A stretch of DNA of 64,000 bases from Alphaproteobacteria bacterium. GTDB taxonomy: Bacteria > Pseudomonadota > Alphaproteobacteria > RF32 > CAG-239. Under the pieces are notes generated by a model. The model did not search any database. It had not been told where the DNA came from and saw nothing but the letters and a program-made list of their open reading frames with translations. The stretch is taken from the NCBI GenBank assembly GCA_017445475.1, contig JAFSUB010000005.1, positions 20,124 through 84,123 of the forward strand. Reading direction: 5' to 3'. The position numbers were made by a program, and so were the translations under genes. Position 1 is the first letter of the stretch. Every line of letters begins with the position of its first letter. This document shows positions 32,384 to 43,153 of the stretch, piece by piece.

Positions 32384-33157
32384 CTATTTTGCCTTATCAA
32401 ACAAATCAAAAAAGTTTTTTGTTGTTATAGCCGAAATTTGATTTAAATCAAGTCCCTTAATGTCGGCAAGCACCTGTGCCGTATAAAACACATTTGCCGG
32501 CTCGTTTGTTTTTCCCCTCACCGGCACGGGCGCCAAATACGGCGTGTCAGTTTCAACGAGAAGTCTGTCCAATGGTATTTTTTTGAATATATCCCTTAAA
32601 GCTTGTGCATTTTTGAAGGTTATCATGCCCGATGCCGATATATAAAAACCGATATCGAGCGCCTCAAAAGCCAAGCGTTCGGAAGAACTGAAACAATGAA
32701 TAACGCCCTTAAAGGCCTTTTGTTTATAGGCTTCTTGAAGCATTGATATTGTATCATCATCGGCATCTCTTGTGTGCACGACAAGCGGCAAAGCGCTTAT
32801 TTGCGCTGCCTCAATCATTTTTAAAAAAACGCTTTTTTGAACATCTTTCGGCGCAAAATCATAAAAATAATCAAGACCGCACTCGCCTATGCCGACAACT
32901 TTTGCATTTTTTGTTTGGCTCACCACATCTTGCGTGCTGACATTTTGATAAGAAAGCGCATCATGCGGATGAACACCTGCAAGTGTCCACACGTTTTTAT
33001 ACCGCTCTGAAATGGCAAGCTGAACGTCAAGCTCGTCAAATTTTGAACCCGCGTTCAAAAAGGCCGACACACCGTTTTGTTTGGCACGTGCAAAAACGTT
33101 TTCCAAATCGTCATACACCGGTTCGCTTGAAAGGTGGCAATGGCTGTCAACAAGCAT
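32384..33157 (-). CDS. TatD family hydrolase (probable start at MLVDSHCHL)
   Basis: DSHCHL motif. TatD-size TIM barrel. The upstream part of the ORF-track ORF overlaps holB and looks non-coding. Confidence 0.8.
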   Translation of the reverse strand: MLVDSHCHLSSEPVYDDLENVFARAKQNGVSAFLNAGSKFDELDVQLAISERYKNVWTLAGVHPHDALSYQNVSTQDVVSQTKNAKVVGIGECGLDYFYDFAPKDVQKSVFLKMIEAAQISALPLVVHTRDADDDTISMLQEAYKQKAFKGVIHCFSSSERLAFEALDIGFYISASGMITFKNAQALRDIFKKIPLDRLLVETDTPYLAPVPVRGKTNEPANVFYTAQVLADIKGLDLNQISAITTKNFFDLFDKAK

Positions 33158-34199
33158 TTGAAACCTCTTTTGAAATGAGATAAAGCGTGTTGAGCAAAGC
33201 TTGCTTCTTGTCCATATTGAGCGCAACGACTTCATTTTTGAGCCGCAGGATATACGTATATATCTCGGCAAATTTTGATTTTTCTTGGCCATCAAGCGCC
33301 ATCTGAAAAACAAATTGCGACATCAGCGATATCATCAGCTCAAAAACTTCATCGTCTGCCGCGCCGGTATTTGCCAAATCAAGCGCCGTTTTTAAATTAA
33401 AACGCGTGCCGGCACCAAACACGGATTGCATTTTTTCATATAAAGCCAAACCGTTGTTTTGCGCATAGTTGAGCGCATCGCCGATGCTCCCCCCGCTGAT
33501 TTTTGCAAGCCCTGAAACCTCTCTTTCGGAAAGCTCGGGCGCATAGCGGCGAAGAAGCGTTGCAACGTTTTCTTCAGACAACGGCTCTAAATTCAAACGC
33601 AGACAACGTGATTTAATGGTTGCAAGCAAAGTGTTCGGATTGTTGCACACAAGCAATATCATACTTTTGGCCGGCGGCTCTTCCAAAACTTTCAAAATGG
33701 CGTTCGCGCTTGCCGGATTTAAATCATCTGCACTGTCAATCAAAACCACGCGCCACGAACCGTCAAATGATTTCTTGCTGAAAAACGAGCGTATCTCCCG
33801 AACATCATCAATTTTAATGACCGATGATTTTTTTAAATTTTGCAGTGATGCCTCATCTAACGGTTCGCCGTCTTTGATGGCTTTGATGATTTTTTTCTTA
33901 TCTGTTTCAATATAATCTTTTTCTATGGCCTTAAAATTGGGATGTGCACCGTTTGAAATTTGCAAAAAAGCCGAGCTTGTCGGCGAAACGTCAAGCGTTT
34001 GCCGATTTTCCGCGCCGGTTCTTTCTTCAAGCAAAAAACGCGCAATTTTATAAGCAAATGTTGCTTTTCCGATTCCTAAGCGGCCCTCAATTAAAAAGGC
34101 GTGATGCAGTGTGCCGGCGCGATATGCCTCTAAAAAAAGCTTTTCTGCTTTTTCGTGGCCGATTAAATACGGGTTGTCTTTGGGCAAAATACGCATCAT
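33147..34199 (-). CDS. holB: DNA polymerase III subunit delta'
   Basis: HAFLIEGRLGIGKATFA P-loop-like motif. Size and organisation holB-tmk as in many proteobacteria. Confidence 0.8.
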   Translation of the reverse strand: MMRILPKDNPYLIGHEKAEKLFLEAYRAGTLHHAFLIEGRLGIGKATFAYKIARFLLEERTGAENRQTLDVSPTSSAFLQISNGAHPNFKAIEKDYIETDKKKIIKAIKDGEPLDEASLQNLKKSSVIKIDDVREIRSFFSKKSFDGSWRVVLIDSADDLNPASANAILKVLEEPPAKSMILLVCNNPNTLLATIKSRCLRLNLEPLSEENVATLLRRYAPELSEREVSGLAKISGGSIGDALNYAQNNGLALYEKMQSVFGAGTRFNLKTALDLANTGAADDEVFELMISLMSQFVFQMALDGQEKSKFAEIYTYILRLKNEVVALNMDKKQALLNTLYLISKEVSNAC

Positions 34200-34202
34200 C
34201 GT

Positions 34203-34847
34203 TTATATTCCAAACCTTTCGCAAACAATCAGCGCAATTTCTTTTTGCAAATCTTCAACACTCTTGTTTGCATTTAACACGACACATCTTTCTTTGTTTT
34301 GCCGCGCAATTTCAAGATAGCCCTTGCGCAAATTTTCGTGAAATTCAAGTGCACGATTTTCGTTTCGGGTTTCTTTAACCGCCATCGTTTCCGCTTTTTT
34401 GAACGAACGTGCAAGACCGATTTGCGGGTTAATGTCCAAAATAAGCGTTAAATCGGGCGCAAAATGACCGACACTGAACGCGTAAAGCATTTCAATGTCT
34501 TCTTTTGAAAGCCTTTTGTTTTGCGCATAATATTGATATGCCATGGTTGAATCGGCAAAACGATCGCTTAAAACCCACTTGTTTGCGTCAAGAGCCGGCC
34601 AAACTTTGCTTGCCATATGAATGCGCCTGTCGGCAAAAAACAAGAGTGCTTCCGCTTTGGCGTCAAGCTTTTCGGCATCGCCTTCAACCAAAAGACGGCG
34701 CAAATCTTGCCCCAAAGTGGTGCCGCCGGGCTCTTTTGTGAGCAAAACATCAATGCCGCGCGTTTTTAAAAATTCACCGAGTAACTTGATTTGCGTTGAC
34801 TTTCCGCTTCCTTCTCCGCCTTCAAAAGTGATGAACTTTCCGCTCAT
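34203..34847 (-). CDS. tmk: thymidylate kinase
   Basis: FITFEGGEGSGKST P-loop, DRF motif. 214 aa. Confidence 0.9.
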   Translation of the reverse strand: MSGKFITFEGGEGSGKSTQIKLLGEFLKTRGIDVLLTKEPGGTTLGQDLRRLLVEGDAEKLDAKAEALLFFADRRIHMASKVWPALDANKWVLSDRFADSTMAYQYYAQNKRLSKEDIEMLYAFSVGHFAPDLTLILDINPQIGLARSFKKAETMAVKETRNENRALEFHENLRKGYLEIARQNKERCVVLNANKSVEDLQKEIALIVCERFGI

Positions 34848-35983
34848 TATTTTTCGCCCTTAACATAGTGTTTCAAGTTTGCAAAAAATCTTCCAACCAA
34901 ACCGACTTTTGAAACGTCTTGAGCAGCCAGCAAATCAATTTCCTTAACGTTTTGTGCCGCATCCGTAATGTGAAGCTTGCCCACAACATCACCCTGTTTA
35001 ACAGGCGCTTTCAGCGGCGTGTCATAAACCATTTTAAGCTCATATCCTTCTTGACCGTTTTTAGGCATTGTTTCGACAACATCTGTTGCAACAACCGCGT
35101 CAACAAAGGGCTGTTGACCATACCAAACCTCAATTTGCCCGACAGCCTCGCCTTTTGAAAACAGCTTAACGTTTTTAAATTCTCTAAAACCGTAATTCAT
35201 CAGATTTTCCGCTTCTTCAGAGCGCTCTTTGTTGCTCTCCAAGCCTGCAATCACCTCAATGAGGCGCCTGCCGTTTCTTGTTGCCGATGCGGTTAAGCAA
35301 AAGCCTGCTTCCGACGTGTGCCCCGTTTTAAGCCCGTCTGCGCCGGACATGGAATATAACAGCGGATTGCGATTGCCTTGCTTGATTCCGTTGTGCGTGA
35401 ACTCTTTTTGACGAAACAAATGATAATATTCTCCGTGTTCTTTGATGATGGCGCGCGCCAAAATTGCCAAATCTTCAACACTCATACGCTGATTTTCGTC
35501 GGGAAGTCCGGTTGAATTGGCAAAAACAGAATTTTTAAGCCCGATTTTTTTGGCCGTTTCATTCATCAAAACCGCAAAATCTTCCTCAAAACCCGAAATG
35601 TTTTCGGCCGCAACAATGCACGCGTCATTTCCCGATTGAATGATAATGCCTTTGAGCAAATCTTCCACATTGACTTTTTCGCCGATTTTCAAAAACATTG
35701 TGGATCCGCCACTTGCCGCGCCACCCTTGCGCCACGCATTTTCACTGACAACAAACTCATCATCAAGCGAAAGCTGTCCGCTTTTCAAGCGATTAAAAAT
35801 TATGTATATGGTCATCAACTTGCTCATCGAGGCCGGCGCCATCTGCTCTTCATGGTTTTTGGCATATAGATACGAACCCGTGTCAAAATCCATCAAAATG
35901 GCGTTTTTGGCGCTTGTTTCAAAGGCTTTTGCTTCAAAACAGAGCAAACATATCGCAAACATTAAAAAAAGCGTTTTTTTCAT
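34847..35983 (-). CDS. D-alanyl-D-alanine carboxypeptidase (PBP5/6 family)
   Basis: Signal peptide. SMSKLMT (SxxK), SGN, KTG motifs. C-terminal beta-sandwich domain. Confidence 0.85.
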   Translation of the reverse strand: MKKTLFLMFAICLLCFEAKAFETSAKNAILMDFDTGSYLYAKNHEEQMAPASMSKLMTIYIIFNRLKSGQLSLDDEFVVSENAWRKGGAASGGSTMFLKIGEKVNVEDLLKGIIIQSGNDACIVAAENISGFEEDFAVLMNETAKKIGLKNSVFANSTGLPDENQRMSVEDLAILARAIIKEHGEYYHLFRQKEFTHNGIKQGNRNPLLYSMSGADGLKTGHTSEAGFCLTASATRNGRRLIEVIAGLESNKERSEEAENLMNYGFREFKNVKLFSKGEAVGQIEVWYGQQPFVDAVVATDVVETMPKNGQEGYELKMVYDTPLKAPVKQGDVVGKLHITDAAQNVKEIDLLAAQDVSKVGLVGRFFANLKHYVKGEK

Positions 35984-35996
35984 TTTTTATTTCTCC

Positions 35997-36824
35997 TTAT
36001 TCTTTAATTATCCTCGCATCGGAAAACCCGTTTGAGCGAACTTTTAACAAAAGCTTTTGCGCCTCATCTTCATTTTGCAGAGGGCCCAAACGAACACGAT
36101 AATATTTTCTTTCATCAACATACGCCTCTTTAATCAGCGGCGCACCGAATTTTTCGAGTTTTGAAGCAAAATTTTGCGCCAAACTCTTTTGCCCGAACGA
36201 ACCGGTTTGAATATAATAGCCTTTCAAAAAGTCTGTATCAACCCCTTGTCTTTCTAATATTTCCTTTGTTTTTTCATGCACGGCACTTGTCTGTCCCAAA
36301 AGTGCCGCTTTCAAAGCTTTGCTTTCTTTAGCCATCAGCTCAACCCTGACTTTTGTAATGCCCTTTGTCTGATAGCCCAAAAGTTGTGCGCCGCGCTTTG
36401 AAATGTCGATGATTCGGTCTTTAGCATACGGCCCTCTGTCATTGACGCGAACGACAAGCGAGCGCCCATTTTCCAAATTTGTTACCTTTACAATTGAAGG
36501 AAGCGGCAACGTTCGATGAGCCGCCGTTAACGTGTTCATATCATATTTTTCGCCGTTTGCCGTTCTTTTTGCGTGAAAATCATCGCCATACCAACTTGCC
36601 ATACCGATTTCGGAATATGAATAATCTTCTTTGGGATAATACCATTTTCCGAAAATCTGATAGGGATTGCCAACCTTATACACGCCGCCGTGCTGTTTAA
36701 TCACAACAGCCTGTGCTTCGGGCGACAAACCCGCAAGTTCGGGCGTGCCGTGCGAAGCACATCCGCTTAAAAACAGCAAAAAAAGCAAAATACCGCGCTT
36801 TTGTTTGAACGTCAACATTTCCAA
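35997..36824 (-). CDS. rlpA: septal ring lytic transglycosylase RlpA with C-terminal SPOR domain
   Basis: Lipoprotein signal (LSGCAS). DPBB (RlpA-like) domain. C-terminal SPOR-like region. Confidence 0.8.
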   Translation of the reverse strand: MEMLTFKQKRGILLFLLFLSGCASHGTPELAGLSPEAQAVVIKQHGGVYKVGNPYQIFGKWYYPKEDYSYSEIGMASWYGDDFHAKRTANGEKYDMNTLTAAHRTLPLPSIVKVTNLENGRSLVVRVNDRGPYAKDRIIDISKRGAQLLGYQTKGITKVRVELMAKESKALKAALLGQTSAVHEKTKEILERQGVDTDFLKGYYIQTGSFGQKSLAQNFASKLEKFGAPLIKEAYVDERKYYRVRLGPLQNEDEAQKLLLKVRSNGFSDARIIKE

Positions 36825-36895
36825 AATTCCAACACTTTGAGCCCAAAATATCTTTTTTTTTCGCGTTCGTAAAGCATCAATTCGAGCTTATACAA

Positions 36896-38182
36896 CTATT
36901 TTTGAAGCATTTTTGATTTCTTTTTGGGCTGCACCGGCACCGAAAACCCGACTTTCGGATTGTAGTTTTCAATTTTTTGCAAAAGCTGATAGCTCGGGTA
37001 GCCGTCTTCAGGGAGTTTGGCCGCTTTTTGTATTTTGACAACGGCTTCTTTGGTTTTTGAGCCGAATTTCCCGTCTTCTTTGAGCTTTGAGCGATAAACC
37101 TTGTTGGCAAATTTTTGAATTTTTAAAATGTCTTCGCTTGTTAAAGCATAAAAATTGTTTGAAACAGCGGGCTTATACGGCGCATCCGAACCGATATAAT
37201 CGGCCAAAACACCAATTGCCAGAGCATAATTTTCGGATCTGTTCCAAATCATGATGCGCCTGAAGTTTGAAAAAACAAGATAAGCCTGACCTTTGCGCCC
37301 GTCTGTCACAATAATCGAACCGTTCAAATCGGGATTAAGCTTGAGTTTGTTGCCATGTTTGTCCCGCACGCCGGCAGATGTCCATTTTGAAACACTTTGA
37401 CGCGTTTTATAGCCTGCAAGACGATAATCAAAATTCCACGGCAATTCAACCGCCGTTCCCCACGGCTCATCTTTTTTAAAACCCAAATCATGCAGATAGT
37501 TCGCCGCCGAAGCGATTGCATCATCAAAACTGTCCCAAATGTCGGCGACACCATCGCCGTCATAATCAACAGCATACGCACTGTATGTTGAGGGCATAAA
37601 TTGAAAATGGCCCATTGCACCTGCCCATGAACCCAGCATTTTTTCATGCTTGAGCTCAAACTGATCCATAATTTTCAGAACATTGTAAAGTTCATTTTTA
37701 AAAAACGCGGATCGCCTGTTTTTATAGCTTAAGTTGGTTAGTGCATCAATGAGGTGATATTTGCCTTTGTTTTGCCCGAAATTGGTTTCGACAGCCCAAA
37801 ACGCTGTTAAATAATTTATCGGAACGCCGTATTTTTTTTCAATTTCATCATATTCTTTTTTCAGGTCTTGATAGTGCTGTCTGGCTTTTTGAACACGCTT
37901 TTCGCTGACAATTACATTTAAATAGTCTTTGGTGGTTAAAACAAACTCCGTCTGCTTTTCATCTTTGGCGACAACCTCAGGTTTCGGGTGATAATAGGTG
38001 TTTGTGCCATATGCTTTTTTGATGGTTTTTTTGGAAATTCCCTTTGCAATCATCTCTTTTTTCAAACCATCAACAAACTCGAGCCATTCTCTTGGCGGCT
38101 GAGCTTCCTGCGCAAATGCCAAATGCGCCATAAACAATGCGCAAAACAAAACACCGAAAAATTTTTTAAAAAAGTGAATCAT
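36896..38182 (-). CDS. lytic murein transglycosylase (MltB/SLT_2 family) with C-terminal peptidoglycan-binding domain
   Basis: Signal peptide. SLT_2-type catalytic region (ETNFG). C-terminal PG_binding_1 motif DGKFGSKTKEAVVKIQ. Confidence 0.75.
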   Translation of the reverse strand: MIHFFKKFFGVLFCALFMAHLAFAQEAQPPREWLEFVDGLKKEMIAKGISKKTIKKAYGTNTYYHPKPEVVAKDEKQTEFVLTTKDYLNVIVSEKRVQKARQHYQDLKKEYDEIEKKYGVPINYLTAFWAVETNFGQNKGKYHLIDALTNLSYKNRRSAFFKNELYNVLKIMDQFELKHEKMLGSWAGAMGHFQFMPSTYSAYAVDYDGDGVADIWDSFDDAIASAANYLHDLGFKKDEPWGTAVELPWNFDYRLAGYKTRQSVSKWTSAGVRDKHGNKLKLNPDLNGSIIVTDGRKGQAYLVFSNFRRIMIWNRSENYALAIGVLADYIGSDAPYKPAVSNNFYALTSEDILKIQKFANKVYRSKLKEDGKFGSKTKEAVVKIQKAAKLPEDGYPSYQLLQKIENYNPKVGFSVPVQPKKKSKMLQK

Positions 38183-38253
38183 ATCAACCCCTTCAACGAC
38201 TTTTTAGAGCTTAAAGCAATTTTTTTAATTTTGCAAGAGCGGGTTTTTGTTTT

Positions 38254-39360
38254 TCAAAAACAAAGTTTTTGCGTGATAGCGTCTAAAAGCAAAAAGCCCT
38301 TATCCGTTGCTTTAAGATTTTGGGCGGTATTGCTTAAAAAACCACAGGCAACAAGCTCTTTTAAGTTTTTTTGATTGATAAACGAATCAAAGTTTATGCC
38401 GACCTGATTTTCAAAACGTGTTTTATCAATGCCCTCTTCGAGCCTCAAACCCATCAGCAAAAGTTCTTGCGCACGCATCTGATTGCTTAATATCTCGCCT
38501 TTTTTAGGGTGAACATAGGCCATAAATTTGCCGCCGACATTTAACCTGCCGTGTGCACTCTCACCTATGCCGATGTATTCATCTCCAAGCCAATAGGCCT
38601 TGTTGTGCTTCGACTCAAAGGGTTTTGGTGCAAAATTTGAAACTTCATAGCGCGGGTAGCCGTTTTTTCTTAAAAAATCGACGGTTTCAACATACATTTG
38701 CGCGGCCTTTTCTTCGTCCAAAGCTTTGATATCTTTTTTGAAAAAAACCGTTCCATCCTCAATTGTCAGCTGATAAAGCGAAAGATGTTTTAAGCCAAAC
38801 GAGGCCGCCGTTTCAAGCTCTGAAAGCCAACTTTCAAGGGGCTGGTTCGGACGAGCATAAATTAAATCTATGGAGTTATTGTCAAACGTGTGCAATACAT
38901 CTTCAATGCTTTCAAGTGCCGCTTTTAAATTGTGTGTGCGTCCCAAAAAGCGCAAATCTTGCTCATTTAAGGCCTGGACACCGAGTGAAAGCCTGTTGAT
39001 TCCGGCATTTTTAAGGTTGTTAAACAATGTTTTGCTGTGTGTGTTCGGATTGGCCTCAAGCGTTATTTCAACGTTTTTTTCAAGTTTCCATAAATCGGAA
39101 ATTTTCCTTAAAAGCCTTTCAATATATTGCGGCTCAATCAGCGAAGGTGTGCCGCCGCCGAAAAACACCGAGCGCACCGCGCGATCTGCCGTGAGTTTAT
39201 GATAATACGACAAATCCGCTAAATATGATTCTATAATTTCTTGCTGATTAACGTTTTTTTCAACGCGCTTAAAAAAATCGCAATACGGACATTTGCTCTT
39301 GCAATACGGCCAATGGAAATATACGGCAAGCGGTTTTGTTTTTTTTAAATTGTCCGGCAT
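38254..39360 (-). CDS. hemW: radical SAM family heme chaperone HemW
   Basis: CPYCDF radical SAM cluster motif near the N-terminus. HemN_C-like C-terminal domain. Confidence 0.8.
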   Translation of the reverse strand: MPDNLKKTKPLAVYFHWPYCKSKCPYCDFFKRVEKNVNQQEIIESYLADLSYYHKLTADRAVRSVFFGGGTPSLIEPQYIERLLRKISDLWKLEKNVEITLEANPNTHSKTLFNNLKNAGINRLSLGVQALNEQDLRFLGRTHNLKAALESIEDVLHTFDNNSIDLIYARPNQPLESWLSELETAASFGLKHLSLYQLTIEDGTVFFKKDIKALDEEKAAQMYVETVDFLRKNGYPRYEVSNFAPKPFESKHNKAYWLGDEYIGIGESAHGRLNVGGKFMAYVHPKKGEILSNQMRAQELLLMGLRLEEGIDKTRFENQVGINFDSFINQKNLKELVACGFLSNTAQNLKATDKGFLLLDAITQKLCF

Positions 39361-39361
39361 A

Positions 39362-40285
39362 TCAGCTGATGGTTTTCTTTCTTCTTTTGAACTTTGTTAA
39401 TTTGTCGCTGATTTTTGCCGTATCGCGTCCGGTTTTGGAAAGCCTGTCATACATGCGCTCAATTTCCTTTTCAAGATATGCCTCTTCAATTGAGCTTAAA
39501 AGATGTTCTTTTTCTTGTTTTGTGCCATGCCGCTGTATGCGGTCTGTTTCTTCTATCAGTTCTTCAACGCGCATGCCCGTATCAAGTTGCATTTTAATGA
39601 AATAGGGCATCGAATAAGCAAGCTGGCGTGCACTTAAATATGCCTCAATGTTGTCGGCGCAGTTGTTATATTTGAGCTTTAAAAGCCTGAAGGCAATTTC
39701 AAGCTCACTGCTGTCATCAACCACAATAAACGGCATTTTCGAGGCAAACCCGTTTGAAGCCAGCTCTTTTAGAGCCTCCAAAATGTGGAAAAAAAAGCCG
39801 TTGATGTTGTATAAAATAAAGGGTTTATTTTTCAAAAAACCATCTTGCATAGCAACACAATCATATGCAAGTTCGTCTAATGTTCCGACACCGCCGGGCG
39901 CAAAAACGACAATGTCCGCCGCAAGCAACTTTTTTTTGCGGTTTTCAAGCGTGTCTTCCAATACAACTTCGCTGATTTGCTCTAAAAATTCGTCTTTTTC
40001 ATAAAGCTCATAATATTCTTTTGTTGTAACGCCCACAATCGGCGCAACATTTTCATAGTCGTCCTCTTTTCTGTCATTAAAGGCGTCCAAAACGCCTCTG
40101 GCCACAGCGCCCATCACACCCGAATTTGAAAAGCCGTAATCAAGGCAAAAGCCCATTTTCACAATAAGCTTTCCCATTTTATAACATTCTTCAATGATGA
40201 AAGGATCATTTCCCTCACGGTGGCCGCCCGAAACGCAAACGCGCAGGTTTTTCTTATTTTCGCAATTTGTCTCCATCAAACTCAT
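39362..40285 (-). CDS. LOG family (TIGR00730 Rossmann-fold) protein with C-terminal extension
   Basis: PGGVGTLDEL and GFFFHILE LOG motifs. About 100 aa extra C-terminal K/E-rich region. Confidence 0.7.
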   Translation of the reverse strand: MSLMETNCENKKNLRVCVSGGHREGNDPFIIEECYKMGKLIVKMGFCLDYGFSNSGVMGAVARGVLDAFNDRKEDDYENVAPIVGVTTKEYYELYEKDEFLEQISEVVLEDTLENRKKKLLAADIVVFAPGGVGTLDELAYDCVAMQDGFLKNKPFILYNINGFFFHILEALKELASNGFASKMPFIVVDDSSELEIAFRLLKLKYNNCADNIEAYLSARQLAYSMPYFIKMQLDTGMRVEELIEETDRIQRHGTKQEKEHLLSSIEEAYLEKEIERMYDRLSKTGRDTAKISDKLTKFKRRKKTIS

Positions 40286-40454
40286 CTCCGTTTCAAATTT
40301 TGCCTAAATTTTATGAAACATTTTTTTTTATCGCAAGCATTTTATCACATTTATCATCTTTTCATCTTTTTTAAACGCTCTCAATTGAAAGACCTGTTTT
40401 TGATGATTACTTTTTTGATTGCATATCAACTTTTTTATTTTAAGGAGAAAATAG

Positions 40455-41036
40455 ATGACACAAGGTGTTCGTTATCCAACACTCGCGTTTCACACAGGCG
40501 GCGTCGGCCAAGCAAACGACGGCATTCCGCCGCAACCGTTTGAAACTTTTTGCTATGACAGCGCGTTAATGCAGGCTAAAATCGAAAATTTTAATGTTGT
40601 GCCATACACATCCGTGCTGCCCAAAGAACTATACGGCAACATTGTGCCTGTTGACAAAGTTGCGTCCCATTTCAAACACGGTGCTGTTTTAGAGGTTATT
40701 ATGGCAGGACACGGCGCTTCACGTGATGAACACAAAGCCATTGCAACCGGCGTCGGCATTTGCTGGGGCAAAGACAAATCAGGTGCGCTTATCGGCGGTT
40801 GGGCTGCCGAATATGTGGAGTTTTTTGACACGCATATTGATGATGAAATTGCAAAAGGGCACGCACATATGTGGCTTAATCGATCTTTAAAGCATGAGCT
40901 TGAAATCAGAGGCGTTGAAAAACACAGCGATTTTCAAATGTTTCACAATTATCTCAACATCACCCAAGAGTTTGGTTACAGCTTAACGTGCTTGGGATTT
41001 TTGAACTTTGAATATGCCGAGCCCGTTCAAATTTAG
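40455..41036 (+). CDS. aaxB: pyruvoyl-dependent arginine decarboxylase (PdaD/AaxB family)
   Basis: 193 aa. Self-cleavage site Thr52-Ser53 in [11 protein letters not shown] at the position known for PdaD/AaxB. Strong RBS AAGGAGA. Confidence 0.8.
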   Translation: MTQGVRYPTLAFHTGGVGQANDGIPPQPFETFCYDSALMQAKIENFNVVPYTSVLPKELYGNIVPVDKVASHFKHGAVLEVIMAGHGASRDEHKAIATGVGICWGKDKSGALIGGWAAEYVEFFDTHIDDEIAKGHAHMWLNRSLKHELEIRGVEKHSDFQMFHNYLNITQEFGYSLTCLGFLNFEYAEPVQI

Positions 41037-41047
41037 CGTAAGGATTT

Positions 41048-42538
41048 TTGAAAATGTTTCATCATAAAAATCAAAAAAATGTGTCTTTGCAAACGCCGAA
41101 ATCTTCCACAGGTCTCGGCGTTTGGGCTTTGGCTGCCATTGTTATCAGCTCGATGATTGGCGGCGGCATATACAGCCTGCCGCAAAACATGGCCGCATCA
41201 GCTTCGGCAGGTGCGGTGTTGTGTGCATGGCTCATCACCGGAATCGGTGTTTATTTCATTGCTAATACATTTCGCATTTTATCCGTTGCCAAGCCCGATT
41301 TGACGGCGGGCATTTATATGTATAGCAGGCAGGGTTTCGGGCCGTTTGCAGGCTTCAGCATCGGCTGGTCGTATTGGCTGTGTCAAATTTGCGGCAATGT
41401 CGGCTATGCGGTGATTACGATGGATGCGCTAAACTACTTTTTTGCCCCTCATTTTGCAGGCGGCAACAATTTGCCCTCAATCATCGGCGGTTCGCTCATT
41501 ATCTGGGGGTTTAACTTTTTGGTTTTGCGCGGCATAAAACAGGCAACGCTTGTCAACCTCATCGGAACGGTGGCGAAAATTTTGCCTTTGCTCCTTTTTA
41601 TCATCATGATGGTTTTTGTCTTTAAAACAAGGCAATTTTCCTTTGATTTTTGGGGCGAAAATTTGAGTGTAACGCCACATTTGGGATCATTGCAAGCGCA
41701 AATTAAAAGCACAATGCTTGTAACGCTCTGGGCTTTCATCGGCATTGAAGGCGCCGTTGTCATGAGCCAGCACGCCAAAAGCCAAAAATCTGTCGGCAGA
41801 GCAACGCTTTTAGGTTTTGCCGGCTGTTTGGCAATTTATATTTTGCTCTCGATTTTGCCGTTCGGCTATATGAGCCAACAAGAAATTGCAGGCATTGCAA
41901 ACCCCTCAACAGCCGGAATTTTGGAAAAAATCGTCGGCAAATGGGGAGCGGCCGTCATGAACATCGGCTTGCTTGTTTCGGTTCTGACAAGCTGGCTTGC
42001 GTGGACAATGGTTACTGCGCAGATTCCGCAGGCGGCGGCGCAAAACGGCACATTTCCGAAGGCCTTTGCAAAAGAAAATGAACACCGTGCACCCTCTTTT
42101 TCACTTTTTATAACAAGCGCAATGATGCAGGTTTTTATGCTTCTTGTTTATTTTTCCTCAAATGCGTGGAACACAATGCTTTCAATCACAAGTGTGATGG
42201 TTTTGCCCGCTTATTTTTCGTCTTGTGCATATTTGTGGAAACTTTGCGAAGACCACGAATATCCCTCAAACATCTATATTAAGCGCTCGTCTGCCCTGAT
42301 TTCATCAACAATCGGCGCGCTTTACGCCCTTTGGCTGATATATGCCGCCGGCCTGAAATATCTTTTGCTGGCGGTTATCTTTGCGGCGCTCGGCATACCG
42401 GTTTATATTTGGGCGCGAAAAGAAAACTGCCCAAGTGAGAAAACGTTTTCAAAAAAAGAACTCTGTTTTGCCTGTTTGTTGGTTGTTTTGGCGCTTTTTG
42501 CCATATATGCCATGTGGGCGGGGATCATCAAGGTGTAA
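41048..42538 (+). CDS. aaxC: APC-superfamily amino acid permease, arginine/agmatine antiporter-like
   Basis: 496 aa with 12 or more TM helices. Immediately downstream of the arginine decarboxylase gene on the same strand. Confidence 0.65.
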   Translation: MKMFHHKNQKNVSLQTPKSSTGLGVWALAAIVISSMIGGGIYSLPQNMAASASAGAVLCAWLITGIGVYFIANTFRILSVAKPDLTAGIYMYSRQGFGPFAGFSIGWSYWLCQICGNVGYAVITMDALNYFFAPHFAGGNNLPSIIGGSLIIWGFNFLVLRGIKQATLVNLIGTVAKILPLLLFIIMMVFVFKTRQFSFDFWGENLSVTPHLGSLQAQIKSTMLVTLWAFIGIEGAVVMSQHAKSQKSVGRATLLGFAGCLAIYILLSILPFGYMSQQEIAGIANPSTAGILEKIVGKWGAAVMNIGLLVSVLTSWLAWTMVTAQIPQAAAQNGTFPKAFAKENEHRAPSFSLFITSAMMQVFMLLVYFSSNAWNTMLSITSVMVLPAYFSSCAYLWKLCEDHEYPSNIYIKRSSALISSTIGALYALWLIYAAGLKYLLLAVIFAALGIPVYIWARKENCPSEKTFSKKELCFACLLVVLALFAIYAMWAGIIKV

Positions 42539-42648
42539 AAAATTTGTGCGTTGATTGAAAGATTATGTTTGACAAATAAATGACAAAGTGTTACCATTGG
42601 ACGCAGAAAGGAATTTTTATCACAATAATCACTTAAAAACAAAGTTTT

Positions 42649-43149
42649 ATGAAACAATCATTAATTCAGGTCACCACTTCGGGTGATTATGTGTCGTTTG
42701 CACAACTCGTCTTTCGGGAAAATCTTAAAGGCGTCTCGAAAGAAGAATTTGAGGAGTTTTACAAAATTGCTCCTTCAAATTGGGCGATGACGGTTTTGCA
42801 ACAAGAAGCGCCTTCGGTTGAGGAACAGGTAATCATTGTCAAGAACCAAGACGCCCGCGTGATAGACTTTTGCGCGCGCCTTTACGGCATCTACGGAAAG
42901 ACCGTATCGCAGATTTTGCGCAAGGGCTCTGACGAAGAATGCCAAAAAGTCATCGCGGCGCTCAGAAGCAAGCCTTCCGCCGAGGTTGAAAAAGAGCTGA
43001 TAGAACGCGGTAATTCAGACCTTTTCGAACTCTGGATTAACAAGTTCAAGAGTTTGGAAGAAGACAACGAACGCCTCATTTGTGAGGATGAAAGTTTATC
43101 TTATTTGAAAAACGTCTACATTGATTTCATTATCAATGAAGACGAATGA
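42649..43149 (+). CDS. hypothetical protein (166 aa)
   Basis: ORF with a reasonable start. No recognisable motif. Followed by a strong terminator. Confidence 0.4.
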   Translation: MKQSLIQVTTSGDYVSFAQLVFRENLKGVSKEEFEEFYKIAPSNWAMTVLQQEAPSVEEQVIIVKNQDARVIDFCARLYGIYGKTVSQILRKGSDEECQKVIAALRSKPSAEVEKELIERGNSDLFELWINKFKSLEEDNERLICEDESLSYLKNVYIDFIINEDE

Positions 43150-43153
43150 CCTT

